Of a stretch of 64,000 bases of DNA, positions 58,791-64,000 are shown piece after piece. The stretch is from Chlorokybus atmophyticus (taxonomy: Eukaryota; Plantae; Mesostigma and Chlorokybus algae): assembly GCA_009103225.1 (NCBI GenBank), contig RHPI01001116.1, positions 577,267 to 641,266 of the forward strand, in the 5' to 3' direction. The position numbers were made by a program, and so were the translations under genes. Under the pieces are notes generated by a model. It ran no database searches. It worked only from the letters and a program-made list of their open reading frames with translations, and was not told the DNA's origin. Within the stretch, counting starts at the first letter, position 1, and every line of letters begins with the position of its first letter.

Positions 58791-59299
58791 ATCGCCCAGA
58801 GGTAAATAGATGAGTACGCATGTTGCCACAAGTACTCGACTGGCGTGTTCCATGCCGGCATGTCGGCAACATTGTCGAAACTTCTTGTGCACTACTTACA
58901 ACTGACATGGTTGTGCTGCATGCTTGTGTGCGTGTCAGGTATCCGGTAGTGCAAGCCTTCTCCGACACCAACATCACGGGTCTAAGGTCGTCTGCAGACC
59001 ACAGTGGCTTTTGTGCTTATTTCCGATGTTGCATGTAGCACCACACCTGGGAAACACAACCAGGCTCAGACATTAAGGCGCGCAGACTAGAGTTTATCCA
59101 CAGTTTGTCCACAAGCAACTCGAGTTCACAAGGCGGCAGGCAAGTTTAGGGAAGGTTCGCTGCAGCTGCACCACACCAACTTGCCACAGCAGCCAGCTGT
59201 ATGCAGATGATGTGGCGTAGCACTTGATGTAAAGACCTAGTGTGAGCTTAGTGACCTGTGTGCTAGGTCGTACCGAGCGGCAACTTTTGTGTATATGCT

Positions 59300-59790
59300 G
59301 TACATATCGTGCTACCTTTTCAAACACTGGCTTACCCTGGGCAGCACTGGTTCATGTGTAAGTTCATGTGTGGGTTCAAGCGCAAGGTGCAAACAGTCAG
59401 CAAGACTATGCAGACAACCAAGTACTACAGTAAGTACTTTTAGCAAGCAGCCACCCCGCTGACTGCGACAATGGCAGTGGCGCGCACTCTGGCATGAAGG
59501 TGTGGCTCCAATGTGATAATCTGTAGTGTCTGTATGCATGGTGTAATTGGTGTGTGCCATGCCACTGCTTGCTATGCATGCCACGATGCATGTGCCATTC
59601 TGTTGCGCATTGTTTGTGCATGTGCATGGTGAATTCCGGGATCCGCGGTAACGCAGGACATGGGCCTATGCGGTGACGCGGTGTGCTGCCTGTGTACAAA
59701 AGATGGTATGCTGGATTGTCGCATGCAAGGTGTGCATTTCATGAGACAATAGCAGCACAACATGCAGCAGTTCACCACCGGGCACATACC
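59300..59790 (-). mobile_element. Degenerate Penelope-like thumb remnant
   Basis: PSFVHRQHTASPHRPMSCV... resembles PVFVDIHVHRAPHPISNV of the 15971-16534 copy. Confidence 0.4.
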
Positions 59791-59815
59791 AAGCTTACAC
59801 TCTACACCAGCAGTT

Positions 59816-60394
59816 CACCACCGGGCTGCCTACTCTACCCTAGCTGACCTGTTTGCTAGCTGTGTACGCGGGCTGCAATGAGAAGTAGGGCGTGCACAGT
59901 TGGGCACGGAGTACTGCAACTGTGTGCAAGTAAGTTGTACATAGCAGTACGGCTTACATACAAGAATGCACCAGCAGCCTGTACTCCGATCAGTTGGAAC
60001 AACAACGCAGTCGTAACTTGGCATGGGATGACCCAAATCTGCCAGTTCCCAGTTGTCCTACCGCATGTATAGATCAAACCAAGCATAACCGGTTACCGAT
60101 GATTTGGGTTAGATTGTGTGAAACAGTACATGTCACGCAGCACACATGCATTGCGTGCAATTTCGGTATACAAATCAACTGGCGTGCTTTCTACATAAAG
60201 CAATGCAATAATGTGCCATGAACATCACGTGTACAAAAGTCGAGTGTGTATCTATTGCAGTGCACTAAAGATGCTGGAGGCAATGTACAGAAGGAAAATG
60301 CTGCTATGGCGGCATGCATGGTGTGCAACCAAGCAAGCAAGTGACATGCACTACATTCACATTCATAGCTGATGCCATACTCACCACCAGGCTA
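59816..60394 (+). mobile_element. Short Penelope-like remnant bracketed by direct boundary motifs
   Basis: CACCACCGGGCT (59816-59827), then GVLQLCASKLYIAVRLTYKNA (thumb-like), then CACCACCAGGCTA (60382-60394). Confidence 0.4.
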
Positions 60395-60895
60395 AAAATT
60401 TCTATACTACGCTACTTCCAATACCAACCCCGTTCATCATACAACAAGCATGCACGAGTTGATCACCTGCCACACAGGCGTATGTTCGGATTGGGTGAGT
60501 ACTGTGTTATATGCTTGCTGTCCATTGTTCAACACAAGGATGCAGTGATTGTGGCATGCATGAGAGATTGTAATGCAGCGCAAGGGACGGTGCGCTACTG
60601 CAGGTGCTCTATGCACATACCCCATGTGAATCCAGCCTGCGAACTGCATTCTCCCTCGAAAGCACCATGCTAAGTCTGTCGCACCTTGCACATGACGCGG
60701 GGGCAGTCATGTGATGGAGTAACTTAAACGAACGCGATGCTGTACTGTGCACAGCTGCTTCTCATCTCTCAAGCAGTTCAGAACAACTGCAGGGTGGACA
60801 AATGGTCTGGTCGCTGAAGTGCAGTGCTCAACTGACCGACAGCAAATGCAGGACAACGCAGCAATGAAGGGACTCGTGCTGTACAATGCACAGCT

Positions 60896-63569
60896 CTATA
60901 ATCCCGCTTGCGCCGCAACTTCAGCTGCAAAATCTTTGGTTTCTCTGTGAAGCAGGTCAGGAGTTATGTTAGAGCACCATGCGGGACACACAGCGCAAGT
61001 GCAAATCTTGCCTACGAACCTACCGCTCGATGCCTTCGCCGCACTGAACACGAATGAAACCGCTGATGTCCACAGTGCCGCCCAATTCGCTTTGTGCCGC
61101 CTTCAGCAAATCCTACAACGGACCCATCCATTTTAGAATAACTACCATTGCATGCCATACCAGCAGCCGCCTCAAGGGCATGCCAGGCAGCGCTCACCTT
61201 AATCTTCTTGGTCTCATCAACAATGTACTTCTGTTCTAACAGAACTACCTGCAAAGGATTTGGCAATGCTCAGCAAATTGTTGAAGGCAGGAGCTTGTGA
61301 TGGCCATCTTACAAAACATCACTGACCTCCTCGTAATACTTCCCGATACGACCAGCTACCATTTTCTCCACAATGTGTGGAGGCTTACCTGAAGATGATG
61401 CCTGAAGAATGCAACACAATTAAACTATGCCACATGCACCATCTGCCACCTCAAAGCTTGCCAAGTAGCACAATCAAGTAAAATCTGCAAGCTAACACAA
61501 TCGTATAATAATGAAATTTGCACCTGCGCGCGCAAAACCTCAAGCTCTGCTTCAAGAGCTTCATTTGTGACTGACTCCCGCGTCAAAAACCTGGCGAGGG
61601 AGGTGGTGCGAATAAAGTGATATGCATTCGCACTTGAAAGTGGCTCACACTGCACGCAACCCTTACTGGGGCCTGGCAGCAACTGTATGCATGGCAATGC
61701 GCGCCCCAAGCTCCATAGCCCGCTCCGTGTCAGCGCCGTCGCCTAACTGAAGTGCTACCACACCCGCCATGCGACCAAGGCCTGGCAGCCAGTGCAAAAT
61801 GTGAGTATGCACTGCTTTGTGTGTCCGTGCCCGAATGCGCATGTGTGCATGCATGTACACGCGTGTATGTCTCAAGGCAAGATGAACCGCCGTCAGCATA
61901 CCTGGCTGCGGGCTTGTGTGCAGGTATGAAGCGACCACGCCATTGGGCTCGGTCAACCTGTCCGTTGAGTGTCAACATGCCACACCTGTGCCCAAACACA
62001 AACCATGCGGCCCAGCCAACATCAGCCACCAACCTGAACACTCTCCGCAACCGAACGTTCTCGCCAACAGTCGCTGCAACACCCGCCACCGCGTCCCTCA
62101 CGCCATGCTCTGCGAACTCGCCTTCTGGCATGCTGAGCTCCTGTGTGGCCCAACCAGGTTACTCACCCACACGATCTGCAGCGTACTGCTTGGTTGTGTG
62201 CATGTGTGCTTGTGCGCGCACAAGCACACATGCACGCATGCTTGCACACGTGTGTATGTGTGCGCGCACACGCGTGCATGCATGTGTGCGTACCTGCGAG
62301 CATGTGCATGCAAAATTCAATGAAGCACACACACAGGCGAACTTGGCCAACAAGCATTGCCTACCTCTACTGCGGCTAGTGGCAACTCGTGATCTGCTTG
62401 GCTTTGCGCTGGGCATTGCAAGGCTGCCTGTGCAACAGCTCCGACCTTCGGTGCATCAACAACCAAACCACTCCGTGAGTCCGCTTTCAGCGTGCATGCA
62501 CTTAATGAGCAAGCGGGCATCCTTTTACCCTTTTGCCACATCACTTACCAGCCGTTGGAAGCGGTCGTTCTTAGCCACAAAGTCCGTCTCGCTGTTGACC
62601 TGCATTCAAGGTGAGGTCACACGTACATTGATTAGTCTGCAATGGCTTGTCATGCATAGACATGGCGTTGACAGTGAGAAGATGCCACAGAAACCCATGC
62701 TTGCAATAGATCACATGCGAACATCCATGCAAACCAGACATTGCCCAATACGTTGACATGCATGACATGCACAGAGGTATCAGTATACCTCCACGACAGC
62801 TGCCGAACGGTTGTCATGCGCCTTGGCTAGACCCAAAAGCCCCTCCGCAGCAGTCCGTTTCGCCTTCTTTGCAACAGCAGCCTGCCCCTTTTTCCTGAGC
62901 TCTGTGAGTGCTCGATCTGCAACAAGTAGAAACATGACTCGGACCAGCTTTTGCAAAATCAGCGCATACACAGCCTCCACGCACACAATGCTACGTATAT
63001 AACATCACATGACTGACAAAGTACCATGCTGAAAATATAAGACATCTGCTGTGAGAAAAACTGTGAATGCAACATGCAGTATGTTGGAGCTGTTGTTGTT
63101 GCATGCATGCAATCAACTCGAGTTGGCCACCAGTACAATGCAACCATGCCATGATTGTTAACTACTACAAAGCAACAGACAACGTGCATTGGTCGCTGTG
63201 ATGCCGCAGAGCCAAAGTCCTGTGCGCATGCATGGCATTGGACTTCCACAGGGCGTATGGTATCTGCTGCTAACAATTGCGGCACACATGCAAGCTACAA
63301 AGTACATCGGCGATACGCAATCGCCAATCTAATGGATGCATGCGTAATGCAAGCAAATGAGGGTAATTCACCCTACCTATGTCGCCTCCAGTGGCCTCAA
63401 GCGCAGCTTTGACATCAATCATAGCTGCGCCGGAGCGCTCCCTGAGCTCCCTGATGGCGGCGACATTCAGGCTCCCGCTCGCTCCAGCATAACTCCTTAC
63501 CGCAGCAGCGAGGCGAGCGGCAGCCATGACGCCGCTCCCGCCGCCTACCCCGCGCCGCACGCCCTGCAT
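60896..63569 (-). CDS. TSFM: Mitochondrial elongation factor Ts
   Basis: IRELRERSGAAMIDVKAALE, LRKKGQA...KKAKRTAAEGL, VEVNSETDFVAKN, VGENVRLRR, LAMHTVA, LLEQKYI, SGFIRVQCGEGIE...DFAAEVAAQAGL*. Confidence 0.95.
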
Positions 63570-64000
63570 GCCACCGCCGCCACCACTGTGCCATACACAC
63601 CCAGCATTAGGGTTTGTTTCTTCAGACTGCAAGCAATGCCCGACCGCAGTGACACACGTATAATTAGCAGTGTGCGCTCCCATGGTGGCGCGCTGTGCGC
63701 TTGTTGTGTCACCACCTGCGGCAGGGCATTACGTTGGCTGTTGTATGTAGCAGCTGGGAGCTACAGTGCACTGCGACGGACTTACCGAAGCATGTTGGCG
63801 GCGGTGGTGGCGATGTCGTCCCGGATGACTGTGGTAGCGTGGAGTTGTGGACGCATGATGTCTGCACGCCGTGTGCTTGGGCGACGTCGAACCGCCGCCG
63901 GCACTGGGAGGCATGGAGCGTGAGAGTTACGGATTGCTGCTGGTGCGAGCAGTGCTAGCGGATGAATCTGTGCCTGAGGCCGGCACTGGCGCTGCTGGTC

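Noticed and set aside
63695-64000. Possible first exon of a plus-strand gene divergent from EF-Ts
   Set aside because: Too little sequence before the window edge to assign a frame or product.

Overview
Eukaryotic, intron-rich, gene-dense (~52% GC) DNA from a green-lineage alga. Streptophyte-type genes (SS5, RBM48, TOM6, WS/DGAT, TAAC, ERF) together with a ciliary PYG-repeat gene suggest an early-diverging flagellate-producing streptophyte alga; this is inference only. I assembled the genes by hand across GT/GC-AG introns. Genes found: a non-canonical starch synthase 5, an F-box/LRR gene, TOM6 with a tightly linked 62-aa membrane microprotein (possible bicistron), RBM48, cytosolic-type GAPDH ending in -KKSNL, a PYG-repeat ciliary protein, an AP2/ERF factor, an unknown TM+coiled-coil protein, a cyanobacterial-type GT2 glycosyltransferase, WS/DGAT, a TAAC-like carrier, a divergent and apparently slicer-dead Argonaute, and mitochondrial EF-Ts. 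Non-coding content: two paralogous box C/D snoRNAs whose guides differ by a 2-nt register shift. Mobile DNA: a near-intact Helitron2/Helentron-type RepHel (runs off the left edge), about 8 Penelope-like RT remnants sharing a CACCACCGGGCT boundary motif, and a CRE-like RLE remnant. The genetic code looks standard (TAA/TAG end the genes). Exon boundaries and family assignments come from motif recognition, not database searches.
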